Source: a virus
DNA: 64,000 nt
IMG/VR virus record: IMGVR_UViG_3300019758_000009
Span: 1-64,000 of that record
Strand: one strand, 5' to 3'
Made by a program: the position numbers and the translations under genes. Positions within the stretch are counted from its first letter, which is position 1; each line of letters begins with the position of its first letter. The notes beneath the pieces were generated by a model. That model was given only the letters and a program-made list of their open reading frames with translations, did not search any database and had not been told where the DNA came from. This document shows, piece after piece, positions 9,648-19,551 of this stretch.

Positions 9648-9987
9648 AGCTAAAATTAATAGACATAGTATTGTTAATATTCGCTAAATGCGCTGCAAAA
9701 TTGCCAGATAAATCGCCTAGCATGCCGCTGATGCGGCCAGCAATGAATTCTGACGTTCGAGCGATACAGGGGCTCTTGCTTGACACTTCTAAATATGCTC
9801 GGTTAACAGTAGCTGTCAGGCTCCTTTTGGCGTCTGGGAAGAGTACTAATCCTCGCGGTAATTGACGCAATTCAGCGCCTAGTACTCTGTCTACAATTAA
9901 GTTAAGCATTGCTGCTCCTGCTTTGCTTTCATCCGCAGCGTCAATGATCGCTTGATCTACTACTGCTAAAATTTGTTCTTTTTTCAT
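9610..9987 (-). CDS. hypothetical protein
   Basis: 125 aa, AGCGT-ATG start. Confidence 0.65.
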   Translation of the reverse strand: MKKEQILAVVDQAIIDAADESKAGAAMLNLIVDRVLGAELRQLPRGLVLFPDAKRSLTATVNRAYLEVSSKSPCIARTSEFIAGRISGMLGDLSGNFAAHLANINNTMSINFSYGKTTAIFKSTR

Positions 9988-10103
9988 ACGCTAACAATAA
10001 TAATTTGGTGGTTTATTTTGATCGTCATCACCTTCTCTTGTGGATATCCAGATATAGGGAGCTTAGCTCTCTATAATCAGAACTCCAATTGAATATGGCA
10101 ATA

Positions 10104-10460
10104 TCATCGTACACGGCTCCTTACTGCATCGATCAATACTGGAAAGTTACAGTTTTGTTCTGCGCCCTTCATTACGATGAAATGCTTAATCTCCATCCCC
10201 ATCACGTGCTCGGGCCTGTAGACTATACGGGCGTTGCTGTGTAGAAATAATTCAAAAGCTCTTTCTACTTCACGGGTCCCGCGCATATCTCCGGCAACTA
10301 TCACAAGATCAACTACTTCCGCTTCTGACGCTTTTCGTCGATATTGTATTTGGCTCAGGATCTGATCCTGGTTGCCGCTGATGATGGCTAACTGAGAAAG
10401 GGTTTTAGTCCTCCAGTCTCTTACCCATTTGGGTACTAATGTGAATTTATTAAATTTCAT
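10104..10460 (-). CDS. hypothetical protein
   Basis: 118 aa, own TACATTTG promoter element at 10490-10483. Confidence 0.7.
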   Translation of the reverse strand: MKFNKFTLVPKWVRDWRTKTLSQLAIISGNQDQILSQIQYRRKASEAEVVDLVIVAGDMRGTREVERAFELFLHSNARIVYRPEHVMGMEIKHFIVMKGAEQNCNFPVLIDAVRSRVR

Positions 10461-10531
10461 AGGCTATCCTTTAAGTTCTCTGCAAATGTAAATAAAAAAC
10501 CCGAATAAACAAGAGTCTACTCGGATTTATT

Positions 10532-10897
10532 TTATTTTTTCTTCAATATTGTCAATTTCGCGAACATGACGCCTCCACCTTCTGGGCCATATGGATCTTC
10601 CTGGGTGGTAAATTCGATATGTTTATCTTTATAGATCCCCTCACTAAGCTTCGCGGCCAGATGACGTTTAGCGTCTTCTATGTACATTTCGCGATTATGC
10701 TCGGGCACTACCGGTATCCTGGTATCAGCTACATATCTCGCTTCATCCATGACTGTTTCATCTATATGTACTTCGCGATGGATAGATGGAGATATCGCTT
10801 TATCAAACTTATTGTTCACGCGAGCCAGTCTATCTGTTAGCTCCTTTGATTTGGGGTCTACCGATATTAGATCCATCAATTTTTCTATTAGTTTCAT
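10532..10897 (-). CDS. hypothetical protein
   Basis: 121-aa ORF downstream of rtcB. Confidence 0.7.
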   Translation of the reverse strand: MKLIEKLMDLISVDPKSKELTDRLARVNNKFDKAISPSIHREVHIDETVMDEARYVADTRIPVVPEHNREMYIEDAKRHLAAKLSEGIYKDKHIEFTTQEDPYGPEGGGVMFAKLTILKKK

Positions 10898-10947
10898 ACA
10901 CTATAATTTTGCTCAAGACAAAATGCCCTTCTTATTTCTTATTTAAG

Positions 10948-12126
10948 CTACCCTTTAATCACAGCCAATGGCTGTAACTCTACCGTCGGCATAACCAGAT
11001 CGGTTTGGTTAGCCATAACTACATCGATAGATTTATATGCGCCAGGCGCTTCATCCAGCGCTTTTGTAGATGTCATGCCGTGGACAATTCCTTGGCTGTC
11101 TAGCATTTCTTTCTGGGCGGCAAAATCCAGGTTTTTCTTAGCTTGTGTTCGGCTCATCAGCCTCCCAGCTCCATGCGAACAGGAGTTGAACGACTCAGGG
11201 TTGCCCTTTCCAAATCCAAAATACGACTTAGTACCTTGTGAGCCCGGGATGATCACTGGAGTTCCGCTCTCTGCCTTTACAGCGCCTTTACGGTGAACTA
11301 ATACGTACTCACCAAAATGTTCTTCTACAGCGACATAGTTGTGCGTTACATCGTGCGAGGCTGTTACTTCTACTTCTGGGAAGTACGCCTTAAGAGAATC
11401 CATTACAAGATCACCCATTGTCTTGCGATTCAGTTTTGCGTACACTTTACACGTTATCATATCGCTAACATAGTTCTTAGCCTCCGTCGTATTCGTTGGC
11501 AGGAATGCTAACTTTAATTCAGAGTCAACTGCAGAATGCCAGTTTTTATTTAGTTTTACAGCGATCTTATCATGAGCCTGAGCGACTGTATGGCCAAGAT
11601 TCCTTGACCCAGAATGGATCATTATCCATATAAACCCATCGCTACCTTCCTGAATCTCTAAGAAGTGGTTTCCACCCCCGAGGGTCCCTAATTGCATCTC
11701 TGCATTTTCAATATGGTTCGACATAATTTCAGAGTTGGCCATCTCAAGCATTAATTTTTCGGGAATTTCAACAACTGGTGATTTACGCTTTGAGAATCCT
11801 GTCGGGATTTTATGCTTGGTATCATTTACCAAAGCCTTCAATGTCTGTAGGTCTATGCTAGTTAAATTAGTTCTAATTCCCAGCATACCGCAACCAATAT
11901 CTACTCCGACAGCATTAGGTATCACAACATCTCTAGTAGCTAAAACACCTCCAATAGGCACCCCCATTCCACCATGGACATCTGGCATGAGCGCTACGTG
12001 TTTGTATACAAATGGCAGCTTAGATAAATTGGTGGCCTGCTCAAGGGCTAGTTTATCAATATCTGACGATACGTTCTCAACCCATGCTTTAATCGGGACA
12101 GCTCCCGTTTCTTTCCAAATTTTCAT
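10948..12126 (-). CDS. rtcB: RtcB RNA 2',3'-cyclic phosphate/5'-OH ligase
   Basis: MPDVHGGMG.PIG, VGVDIGCGM, GTLGGGNHFLE, HSGSRNLG, HNY, VHRKGA, HGAGR, DEAPGAYK motifs. Confidence 0.97.
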   Translation of the reverse strand: MKIWKETGAVPIKAWVENVSSDIDKLALEQATNLSKLPFVYKHVALMPDVHGGMGVPIGGVLATRDVVIPNAVGVDIGCGMLGIRTNLTSIDLQTLKALVNDTKHKIPTGFSKRKSPVVEIPEKLMLEMANSEIMSNHIENAEMQLGTLGGGNHFLEIQEGSDGFIWIMIHSGSRNLGHTVAQAHDKIAVKLNKNWHSAVDSELKLAFLPTNTTEAKNYVSDMITCKVYAKLNRKTMGDLVMDSLKAYFPEVEVTASHDVTHNYVAVEEHFGEYVLVHRKGAVKAESGTPVIIPGSQGTKSYFGFGKGNPESFNSCSHGAGRLMSRTQAKKNLDFAAQKEMLDSQGIVHGMTSTKALDEAPGAYKSIDVVMANQTDLVMPTVELQPLAVIKG

Positions 12127-12148
12127 ACGCTATAATTTTTGTTCAGAG

Positions 12149-12179
12149 CAAAGTTAATTCAATATTCCTGAAATGCAAA
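12149..12179 (-). promoter_or_regulatory. Bacteroidota host-sigma promoter for rtcB (TTTG-N19-TAACTTTG)
   Basis: Equivalent -7 elements at 10483, 14534, 17556, 18942, 20127, 20569, 22382 (minus) and 51463, 55015, 55091, 63553 (plus). Confidence 0.8.
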
Positions 12180-12188
12180 CTTTTAAGC

Positions 12189-12226
12189 AAAAAAAAAGAC
12201 GCCACCTTAATTGATGACGTCTTTTT
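12189..12226 (-). terminator. intrinsic terminator
   Basis: AAAAGACG / CGTCTTTT stem with long U-run on the minus strand. Confidence 0.7.
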
Positions 12227-12240
12227 ACATGTTAACTAGC

Positions 12241-12432
12241 CTATGCTTTTAGTTGAGCTAGTGTATCCATCTTCTTTTTCTCTTCTGAGTGGGTGGTTTG
12301 ACTGCTTTTAAGGGTTAAGAAGTGATCGTACCACCCATCTAAGTGCCAAAGTATAGGCGTAACCCCCATCTCTTTACATAGTTCACTATATGTACTATGG
12401 TCCTCTATTGATTTCTTTAGTCCGTATGACAT
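12241..12432 (-). CDS. hypothetical protein
   Basis: 63 aa, AGCGC-ATG start. Confidence 0.55.
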   Translation of the reverse strand: MSYGLKKSIEDHSTYSELCKEMGVTPILWHLDGWYDHFLTLKSSQTTHSEEKKKMDTLAQLKA

Positions 12433-12452
12433 GCGCTTTGTTTTAGTTTTCG

Positions 12453-12773
12453 TTACGCGTTATCCGCATATTTATTTAAAAAGTAAACCTTTGAAACAGT
12501 GTAGGCGTAACTAAGGGCGTCTACGTGAGGCTTGAGTACTTGGGCCGCAAAAAATTCCTTCGGTAAAGTACCCCAGAATGGATGATTTTGATCAGGTAAT
12601 ATTATTTTGACTTTTTTGTTTTTTACTTCAAGAATATGCTGTTCTACTACATGGCACATCTCATCTGTATGAACCCCTTGATCATCTGGGGTGTTGATTA
12701 TTTTTTTTATATGTTCGCTCATGATGTTGCTTTTATTTATTTCTTGAGGACATTTCCACCATTTTGTACCCAT
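12453..12773 (-). CDS. hypothetical protein (start may be ATG 12722)
   Basis: ORF in the operon. Confidence 0.6.
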   Translation of the reverse strand: MGTKWWKCPQEINKSNIMSEHIKKIINTPDDQGVHTDEMCHVVEQHILEVKNKKVKIILPDQNHPFWGTLPKEFFAAQVLKPHVDALSYAYTVSKVYFLNKYADNA

Positions 12774-13203
12774 TAATATTTAAACTTATCCAGTCTTTAT
12801 CATGTATGACTTCTGAGTGGAATGGTAATACATTTAGATGTTTTGCTGACCATATATTTACATCGACAACAGTAAGGGGTCGATTAAATACGGCATCATC
12901 ATACAGATCTTTATTCCTGGACATTTCTGACCTGATCTCCGTGGCCAAAAACACCATCATCTCTTCATGGGTTTTGGCTCTCTTTTTCGCTTTTTTTACT
13001 CTTTTTTCGAGTAAGAATTTGTTGATTTTTGAAAAAATAACACTCATAGGGGTATGTTTTTTGGTTAAATAGTACTTAAATCTCCTGTAGCTGTGCAGCC
13101 ACACCATATGGTCACGTTCCACTGTAATCCTGAACCACCATTTACTTCTACTGTAAAAGTCCTGGTTTTCGATAAACCCTTCTGCTGGCGCCCAACCTAT
13201 CAT
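12733..13203 (-). CDS. hypothetical protein
   Basis: 156 aa, start coupled to the upstream stop. Confidence 0.6.
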   Translation of the reverse strand: MIGWAPAEGFIENQDFYSRSKWWFRITVERDHMVWLHSYRRFKYYLTKKHTPMSVIFSKINKFLLEKRVKKAKKRAKTHEEMMVFLATEIRSEMSRNKDLYDDAVFNRPLTVVDVNIWSAKHLNVLPFHSEVIHDKDWISLNINGYKMVEMSSRNK

Positions 13204-13886
13204 TACCCCGGTAACTTTACAGGGTTGATGGTTCTCATAGTCAAATCAAGGATATCCTTGCTTTGTTTGACTGATTGGTTGTATATAGCTTCTATAACCT
13301 GGTGTGGCGTTGAATGGCCTGACATAAGTGCCGAATAGATATATCTGGCTAATGGGTTCTTATTCACGTCACCCATAAACTTTCCAGAAAACCCAGACAT
13401 AACGCTGTACTTATCATTTGAGTGATGAAAAGCCTCTTTGCTTGGATTACAGTCCTCGTCTAAGTGTGGTATGTTTTCGTTTAGCTTATATGCGCCTCCT
13501 ATTTGGGTTTTTACTAAATTATAAATATCCTCAAAATCACCAGGGACCCCGCCGAGGTTTCTGTCATCAATGTAAATATCAGCGGATATTTTTCTTACAT
13601 CACCATAATAATTTATTCTAGACGGATCATTCTCGTTGTATAGGGTGTAGGGGATATTAAAATAGTCCAGGTACCCTCTAGCCGCTGATTCCCAATCGGG
13701 ATTTACACGTGAAGACATACTGGAATCCCTTAAGGTATTTACTATTACTATGTACCCTTCATCGATCCATCTCTTCATTACTTGGGGTACATTTTTACGT
13801 GGTGGAGGGATGTCGTGTATTGACGATTTATCCTTAGATGTAATACAGCCGTCAAAGTCAACTGAAATTGTTTTTTGGAATATCAT
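13203..13886 (-). CDS. HAD-superfamily phosphatase with C-terminal extension
   Basis: ISVDFDGCI (DxD) and KISADIYIDDRNLGG motifs. Confidence 0.85.
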   Translation of the reverse strand: MIFQKTISVDFDGCITSKDKSSIHDIPPPRKNVPQVMKRWIDEGYIVIVNTLRDSSMSSRVNPDWESAARGYLDYFNIPYTLYNENDPSRINYYGDVRKISADIYIDDRNLGGVPGDFEDIYNLVKTQIGGAYKLNENIPHLDEDCNPSKEAFHHSNDKYSVMSGFSGKFMGDVNKNPLARYIYSALMSGHSTPHQVIEAIYNQSVKQSKDILDLTMRTINPVKLPG

Positions 13887-13896
13887 ACGCTAAAAT

Positions 13897-14511
13897 TTAA
13901 AATTCAAAACTAGAATACACTCCAGCAATCTCTTCTGATGTGATTCCTAAATATTTTTTAGTCATAGCTATTGATGAGTGGTTAAGTACATCCATCAAAA
14001 GTATAAGTGACTCTGATGATTTATTATTCATCTCCCAATAGTGCCTAGCAAATGTTTTTCTGAACGAGTGGGTGCTGAAATTGTTAATCTGAAGAGAGTA
14101 TTTCGCTTTTATTCTTTTCAGTTCAGCATTTATGTACTGTTTTGAAACAGACTTTCCGGGGTTCTTTTTGCTTGGAAATATGAGCTCAGTTAGCGTTGGA
14201 GAGCCAAGTTTTATATAAAGGAAATCGATTCTATCAGCAACACTTGGCGAGAAACTTATCTCTCGCGTTTTACCGGTTTTTTGCTCCTTCTTTACGAATT
14301 TCCTTTTAACTTTCAGTCCTTCAGGGGTTACCTCAAAGATATCTCTCCATGCTGTACTGGTAACATCAACAACTCTCAGGGCCGTAACCATGGAAAACAT
14401 CAAATAAAACTCCCATTGCCAATTCTCATCCTTTTCAAGGTTTTTAAGTAACCCCTTAAAGATGTCCATTGGGATGTAATCAGCTTTCGTTAATTGTCCA
14501 GGTAATGCCAT
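13897..14511 (-). CDS. tyrosine recombinase, catalytic domain only
   Basis: ALRVVD (R), EQKTGK (K), STHSFRKTF (HxxR), LNHSS (H), TKKYLG (Y). Confidence 0.92.
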   Translation of the reverse strand: MALPGQLTKADYIPMDIFKGLLKNLEKDENWQWEFYLMFSMVTALRVVDVTSTAWRDIFEVTPEGLKVKRKFVKKEQKTGKTREISFSPSVADRIDFLYIKLGSPTLTELIFPSKKNPGKSVSKQYINAELKRIKAKYSLQINNFSTHSFRKTFARHYWEMNNKSSESLILLMDVLNHSSIAMTKKYLGITSEEIAGVYSSFEF

Positions 14512-14623
14512 AGTTCTTTCGTTTTTGTTATAACAAATGTATAATTAATAATTGATATAAACAAAAAAGGAGACACAAAATATTGCATCTCCTTTATAAG
14601 TCATTGATTCACAGTAATAAAAA

Positions 14624-16567
14624 TTACAAATCTTTAAACTGCTCTATTGTCAATACATGGCAATTAGGGTCCTCTTTAGCCTTCACAACTTTACTGTTTG
14701 TGGAATTTGGGTTAGCTACTATGAGGTGGGTAATCTTCTTACTGTAAGATTTTTTAACCTCACCGCCCTCTTCTGTGATAGCTTTCTCAAGATCCTTATC
14801 CCTTACGCCACTGAAGCATGCTGTAACACCTAAATACTTACTGCCTTTAGGTTCCTGGGCCGGTGTTTTGATGTATTTGGGGTCTATGTGTGTACTAGCA
14901 TACCAGCTCGGGAAGTATTTGATACCTGCTTCAAATATAGCGATAGTCTTATCTGCCAGCCCTTTAACCTTGTTAAGGTTCGCAATATGCGAGTGGTCGA
15001 GTCCAGCGTAGTTGTCATACGTCATTATCTCTGTGATATAATCTGCAGGCAAATTATCCAGTATTAGCTGGAGTTTTGTTGAGCCGATGCCCGTGAACTC
15101 TCCAGACGCATGCATAATTTTCGCTAACGATTTTGAGCCGCTACGTAATGTTCGTACCTGATCGATTAGCTGCGATGCCGTGGCGTCTCCAAGGCCGTCT
15201 ACGGCTACCACTTCGTCGTGGGTTAAATTCAGTATCCTCGCAACTATCTGATAACCAGCGTTGAACAATTTCTCGATCGCGCTTTCTGCAAATTCTTCAA
15301 ATCCAAGGATTTCGAAGAATGAAACGATCTTCGCTAACTGCGCCCCTTTGCATCTTTCGTTTGAACACATAAGCTCTACGTAACTGCTGTTCCACTCGGT
15401 GCTGCTACCGCATGCTGGGCAAGTGTCAAATTCAGCTAGCATTTCACCCATAGCTTCTTCGTCGTAGCTTACTGTCTCTATAATTTTCGGGATTACCTCT
15501 CCAGATCTTTTTACCACAACCTTTGATCCCTTAGCTATGTTATTATCCACAATCCACTTCATGTTATAGCCAGTTGGGTTAGATACTTCTGCCCCTGATA
15601 AAATAACTCTTTCTAGAGCTACTGTAGGCTTTAAGAATCTCTGCTTGGATACCTTACAGTTTACAGAATTAACAGTTGTTTCGATACGCTCTTCAAAATC
15701 ACCTTTGTACGCCATAGCGTAATTAGGGTTACCTGTCCGTTCATCTCTTCCTAGCCTCTGCCTATCTTCTGCTGTTACAACGTTAATGACTAAACCATCG
15801 ATCTCGTAATCCTTATTCCATGAACTGTAAAGGCTATTCATTAGTTCGTCAGTTAAGTACTGAGCTCTAATGTAATACTGAGGGACATCAATAGCGTTGA
15901 TTTTGTTTAGTTCATCCATCATAGTTCTGAAATCCCCCATTTCTAACTCATCAGAGTAATACCTGAAGTAGTCCACATGTTTCAATAATAAACTTGGGGT
16001 ATCATTATTAAGCAGGCCAAGAACAGTGCCTCTAAGGGTTTTATATTCTTTGCCATCGCGAGGATTGGTCTGGCCCTTCCAGTAAGTATCCCAGTTTGCC
16101 CTGGAAATGATAAATTCTCCACCTGTAAATCTTAACGGGCCATTGTTTGGAGCGTTAATGATTTTTAAATGGTTATCGCTTCTTTGTCCTTCGTTCTCGT
16201 CACCTCCCCTTGTAAAGGCGGCTCCAGTGATTGAGTCATCCAATAATGATCCCCCGTCAAATTTAGGTCCTATCGCGATATAATCTGTTTCTGACAGGTT
16301 ATTCTTCCTTAGCCACTCGCTTACCTCTTTGAGGGTCTTTAGCTTTTTAAGGCTACGCATTGGTATTGGTAGCTTTTGTTTTCGTTCTCCTCGAAATGTA
16401 AATGGCTCAATATTTACGACGAAGGGGTGATTAGGGTGTTTTTCTGCGAATGCAACCTTATGTGCATCATACACTTCATCCGATATATCAGCTTCTCCGG
16501 TTCTGTACGACTTATTCCACGCCTTAAGCTTGTCAAGTAACTCTTTGTCTTTTAATGTTAATTCCAT
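14624..16567 (-). CDS. ligA: NAD-dependent DNA ligase
   Basis: PKFDG (KxDG), TRGG, EIDGLV, AMAYK, RSGEVIPKI, CPACG zinc finger, HhH repeats, C-terminal BRCT. Confidence 0.95.
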   Translation of the reverse strand: MELTLKDKELLDKLKAWNKSYRTGEADISDEVYDAHKVAFAEKHPNHPFVVNIEPFTFRGERKQKLPIPMRSLKKLKTLKEVSEWLRKNNLSETDYIAIGPKFDGGSLLDDSITGAAFTRGGDENEGQRSDNHLKIINAPNNGPLRFTGGEFIISRANWDTYWKGQTNPRDGKEYKTLRGTVLGLLNNDTPSLLLKHVDYFRYYSDELEMGDFRTMMDELNKINAIDVPQYYIRAQYLTDELMNSLYSSWNKDYEIDGLVINVVTAEDRQRLGRDERTGNPNYAMAYKGDFEERIETTVNSVNCKVSKQRFLKPTVALERVILSGAEVSNPTGYNMKWIVDNNIAKGSKVVVKRSGEVIPKIIETVSYDEEAMGEMLAEFDTCPACGSSTEWNSSYVELMCSNERCKGAQLAKIVSFFEILGFEEFAESAIEKLFNAGYQIVARILNLTHDEVVAVDGLGDATASQLIDQVRTLRSGSKSLAKIMHASGEFTGIGSTKLQLILDNLPADYITEIMTYDNYAGLDHSHIANLNKVKGLADKTIAIFEAGIKYFPSWYASTHIDPKYIKTPAQEPKGSKYLGVTACFSGVRDKDLEKAITEEGGEVKKSYSKKITHLIVANPNSTNSKVVKAKEDPNCHVLTIEQFKDL

Positions 16568-16632
16568 ATGCTATACTTTAAATGGGTATTGGTAATTCAG
16601 TGCGAAAATAATACTAATAATTGATAAAACCA

Positions 16633-16672
16633 AAAAATGAGGACAACTTTTTACGGCTGCCCTCATTTTTTT
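16633..16672 (-). terminator. intrinsic terminator
   Basis: AAAAAATGAGG / CCTCATTTTTT stem. Confidence 0.7.
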
Positions 16673-17531
16673 AGAAATTAAGATCTATTATTGATTTTAT
16701 TTGATCAATATCTTTTTGCCTTCCCATATCTTTTTTAGCCTTAATGATATCAAAAACTGGCTGTATGCCAACCTCTTGTCCGGATAACGTGAATACAGAA
16801 ACATTATACTCAGAAGCCCTGTTAACTGTGTCTATAAGAATATCTACCTTTTTACCGCCATGCTCTAATCCTATCACGATCTTATCCAAGGTTTCGATAT
16901 ACTCGCTATCATTGAATTTATATACATTCAGATTGTGTAAAGCCTGTATAATGCTCATCTGTTCAGAGCTTGGTTGATAGATAATTATATCTACATCTTC
17001 AGGGGGATTAGGGAGTTTTAGCCCATGCATATCAAGAGCTACAGAGCCACCTATTCTAATGTTATCATGCCCGGACAAGCTATCGATTATACCTAAAACA
17101 AAATCCGGTATGTAAGTATAAATGGATGACCTTTGCTTTGCATCTACATTAATTAATGTATCGATTGAAGTTACCGGTTTCGCCGCTGTTTTAGGTGTCC
17201 CCTTACTTTCTTCTTTTTGAGATGCATATAAATCTATAAAGCTCTCCATTGATATTGAGGTAAGAACGTCTCCGTTATCGTCTTTGCCGATAAAGGATAT
17301 ACGAACATTACCTTGCGATGTTAACCAGATGTTAGCTGTAGCGGGATATGCGGCTCTTCCTCTTCCTGGGAGGCCGATTTCAACATTTGAGTCTCCGTAT
17401 AAAGATTTTAATCTAGATACTATAGTCTCCCAATCAGTCCTGCTGTAAGCTTCTACCAGCACTCCGTATTCACTTGCGTCAAAACGATTTCCACGCAATT
17501 TATCCGTTAATTTACATTTTTGTAATTCCAT
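16671..17531 (-). CDS. protein with C-terminal minimal nucleotidyltransferase domain
   Basis: IGGSVALDMHG...EDVDIII...KVDIL...AKKDMGRQKD. Confidence 0.75.
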   Translation of the reverse strand: MELQKCKLTDKLRGNRFDASEYGVLVEAYSRTDWETIVSRLKSLYGDSNVEIGLPGRGRAAYPATANIWLTSQGNVRISFIGKDDNGDVLTSISMESFIDLYASQKEESKGTPKTAAKPVTSIDTLINVDAKQRSSIYTYIPDFVLGIIDSLSGHDNIRIGGSVALDMHGLKLPNPPEDVDIIIYQPSSEQMSIIQALHNLNVYKFNDSEYIETLDKIVIGLEHGGKKVDILIDTVNRASEYNVSVFTLSGQEVGIQPVFDIIKAKKDMGRQKDIDQIKSIIDLNF

Positions 17532-17651
17532 ACGCTGTAATTTTTTAATTTAGGTCAAATGTAATACTAATAATTAACAAAAGCAAAAAAGAGAAGCAAC
17601 TTTTTACGGTTACTTCTCTTTTTATAAGTTATATTATTGCCTTTGTATATT

Positions 17652-18104
17652 TTACGATACACCGCTGTGACCAAAGCCCCCTGCACCCCTTTCGGTGTTA
17701 TCCAGGGTATCAGTAAGGTCAAAAGACGCCTTACATACTGGAGCGAATACCATTTGACATATCCTGTCTCCAGGTTGTATCCTAAAGTCATCTAGGCCTA
17801 GATTTTTCAAAATTACCTTAACCTCTCCCCTGTAGTCGGCATCTATAGTTCCCGGTGTGTTCAGCACGGTTATACTATGCTTGGCAGCTAGGCCACTTCT
17901 AGGCCTAATTTGCCCCTCATATCCTGGCGGGATAGCCATAAATAGCCCGGTAGGTATAATAATTGACTGCATCGGCTTGCAGTATAGCTCGTCAACACTG
18001 AAAGAGCTAAGGTCAGCCCTTAAATCCATTCCTGATGAATTTTCGGTAGAATATTCCGGTAACGGGTTGTTTGATTTGTTTACTATCTTAATTTTTAGAT
18101 CCAT
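17652..18104 (-). CDS. dut: dUTPase (trimeric)
   Basis: SGMDL, RPRSGLA, PGTIDADYRGE, GDRICQ, RGAGGFGHSG (all five motifs). Confidence 0.97.
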   Translation of the reverse strand: MDLKIKIVNKSNNPLPEYSTENSSGMDLRADLSSFSVDELYCKPMQSIIIPTGLFMAIPPGYEGQIRPRSGLAAKHSITVLNTPGTIDADYRGEVKVILKNLGLDDFRIQPGDRICQMVFAPVCKASFDLTDTLDNTERGAGGFGHSGVS

Positions 18105-18438
18105 ACTCAATAACTTTTGCGTTTTTTAATGATAGCGTTCTTTTACCTTTTATTTTTCGAGATGGTAAATATTCTCGGTCAATACCGCATAGCTTGTCGT
18201 ACTCCTCAATTCTAAGTACGCCGATGTCGGATGTCTCGATTTCAACATCTGGATGCATATGCCTCCAATAAAACCCAGCAGCCGTATAAACTTTGCCGTT
18301 ACATGTATTCGATATACCTTGAGGCATTGATGCTGTAAGTTCAGCAGCGGCCCTTACCGATTTAAATACACCAACAAGTATTCGAGCTGGGTTGAAAGCT
18401 AAGACTATTTTTGACTCTGGTAGGTTTAATCCAGTCAT
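18088..18438 (-). CDS. NUMOD1-type helix-turn-helix DNA-binding protein
   Basis: VFKSVRAAAE...ISNTCNGK..TAAGFYWR. Confidence 0.7.
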   Translation of the reverse strand: MTGLNLPESKIVLAFNPARILVGVFKSVRAAAELTASMPQGISNTCNGKVYTAAGFYWRHMHPDVEIETSDIGVLRIEEYDKLCGIDREYLPSRKIKGKRTLSLKNAKVIEYGSKN

Positions 18439-18477
18439 ATAATTTATTTTAAAGCAAAAGCCCCCGAAGGGGCTTGG

Positions 18478-18924
18478 TTATGCTTGGTTAACGTCTTCCT
18501 GTTTTGGTAAACGGGCATCAGATGCTTCTGACAAGTATCTGTCACTAACAGTGAATCCATTAATGAATACTTCATGCAATCTCTCGTAAGAGTAAAACAA
18601 CAGGCTAGGAACAGCCCAGCATGCGAAATCAAATCCAAGAATAGCGCTGATCATTGATGGCTGGCCTTCTAGTTTTAAATGGATATGCTTTTTGTCAATC
18701 TCAAGTCTTTCACATACGAAATCAATCTGTTTCTCTCTTTCCTCAAGGTAACCTTGAACAGTTAGCCCCTTTCCGGCCTCACCTAGCGACTCAATGAAGT
18801 GTTCCGCATTGAACACTCGGTTGCTACCGATATTTGAAAAAAGTAACCCTGGAAGCTCTTTATAGGTGGCTTCACCCTCTTGTTTTACTTGCCCTAAATC
18901 GCAAGCTTCTTCGTTTTCTTTCAT
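18478..18924 (-). CDS. hypothetical protein, possibly KilA-N-like
   Basis: VFNAEHF...DFACW pattern; own promoter element at 18949-18942. Confidence 0.5.
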   Translation of the reverse strand: MKENEEACDLGQVKQEGEATYKELPGLLFSNIGSNRVFNAEHFIESLGEAGKGLTVQGYLEEREKQIDFVCERLEIDKKHIHLKLEGQPSMISAILGFDFACWAVPSLLFYSYERLHEVFINGFTVSDRYLSEASDARLPKQEDVNQA

Positions 18925-18973
18925 AAGCAAATATTATTATGCAAAGATATTAAAATAATTGAAATTTACAACA

Positions 18974-19540
18974 CTATGGATTAATTAATCCATTTCTCAC
19001 CAATATTTCATGGAGCTTCATCGGGTCATTAGCATAAACCCTTGTAGGGTTAGCTCCACTTCTAAGCTGGAAGTGTGGTGAATCTACAAATTTCTTCCAG
19101 TATCCTCCCACCTCTAAACCTAAGTCAGCGCCGCACTTCATCATGGTTTCCCATTCATACTTATGCTCCTTTAAAGTCCAAACTAAATCTAAATCTCCAT
19201 CATTGTCAAGGTCTAGTCTAGGAACTGCGTCGAACGCCTCCCCTAGATTATGGAACGACTCTGCTGGGCCGGCGTTGGTGACAATGTTGGGACCCGACTG
19301 TGGTCCTACGTTAATGAGGATGTCTGCAAGAAAATGATATCCTCTTTGGCGGTATTTATGGGCCTTTTCTTTCACCTGAAAGTAAGACCTTCCTTTTCTG
19401 TAAAGCTTCGCTTGCTCCTCAAGCGTTCTAGTTGTGCTGTAAATTAACACATCAAGACCTCTTGCTTTGGTTAGCTTCAGGAACTCATAAGCTTTATCCC
19501 TCATCTGAGGGACTAGTAAGTCAATCTTTTTATTCGACAT
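18974..19540 (-). CDS. M15-family peptidoglycan peptidase (endolysin)
   Basis: RTLEEQAKLY, VTNA..AESFHNLGEAFD (SxHxxGxAxD), DSPHFQ. Confidence 0.9.
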   Translation of the reverse strand: MSNKKIDLLVPQMRDKAYEFLKLTKARGLDVLIYSTTRTLEEQAKLYRKGRSYFQVKEKAHKYRQRGYHFLADILINVGPQSGPNIVTNAGPAESFHNLGEAFDAVPRLDLDNDGDLDLVWTLKEHKYEWETMMKCGADLGLEVGGYWKKFVDSPHFQLRSGANPTRVYANDPMKLHEILVRNGLINP

Positions 19541-19551
19541 ATGACCCTGTA

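Noticed and set aside
13897-14511. Integron integrase or classical prophage integrase with att site
   Set aside because: Only 204 aa, no N-terminal binding domains or integron-specific insertion visible, and no att site identifiable.
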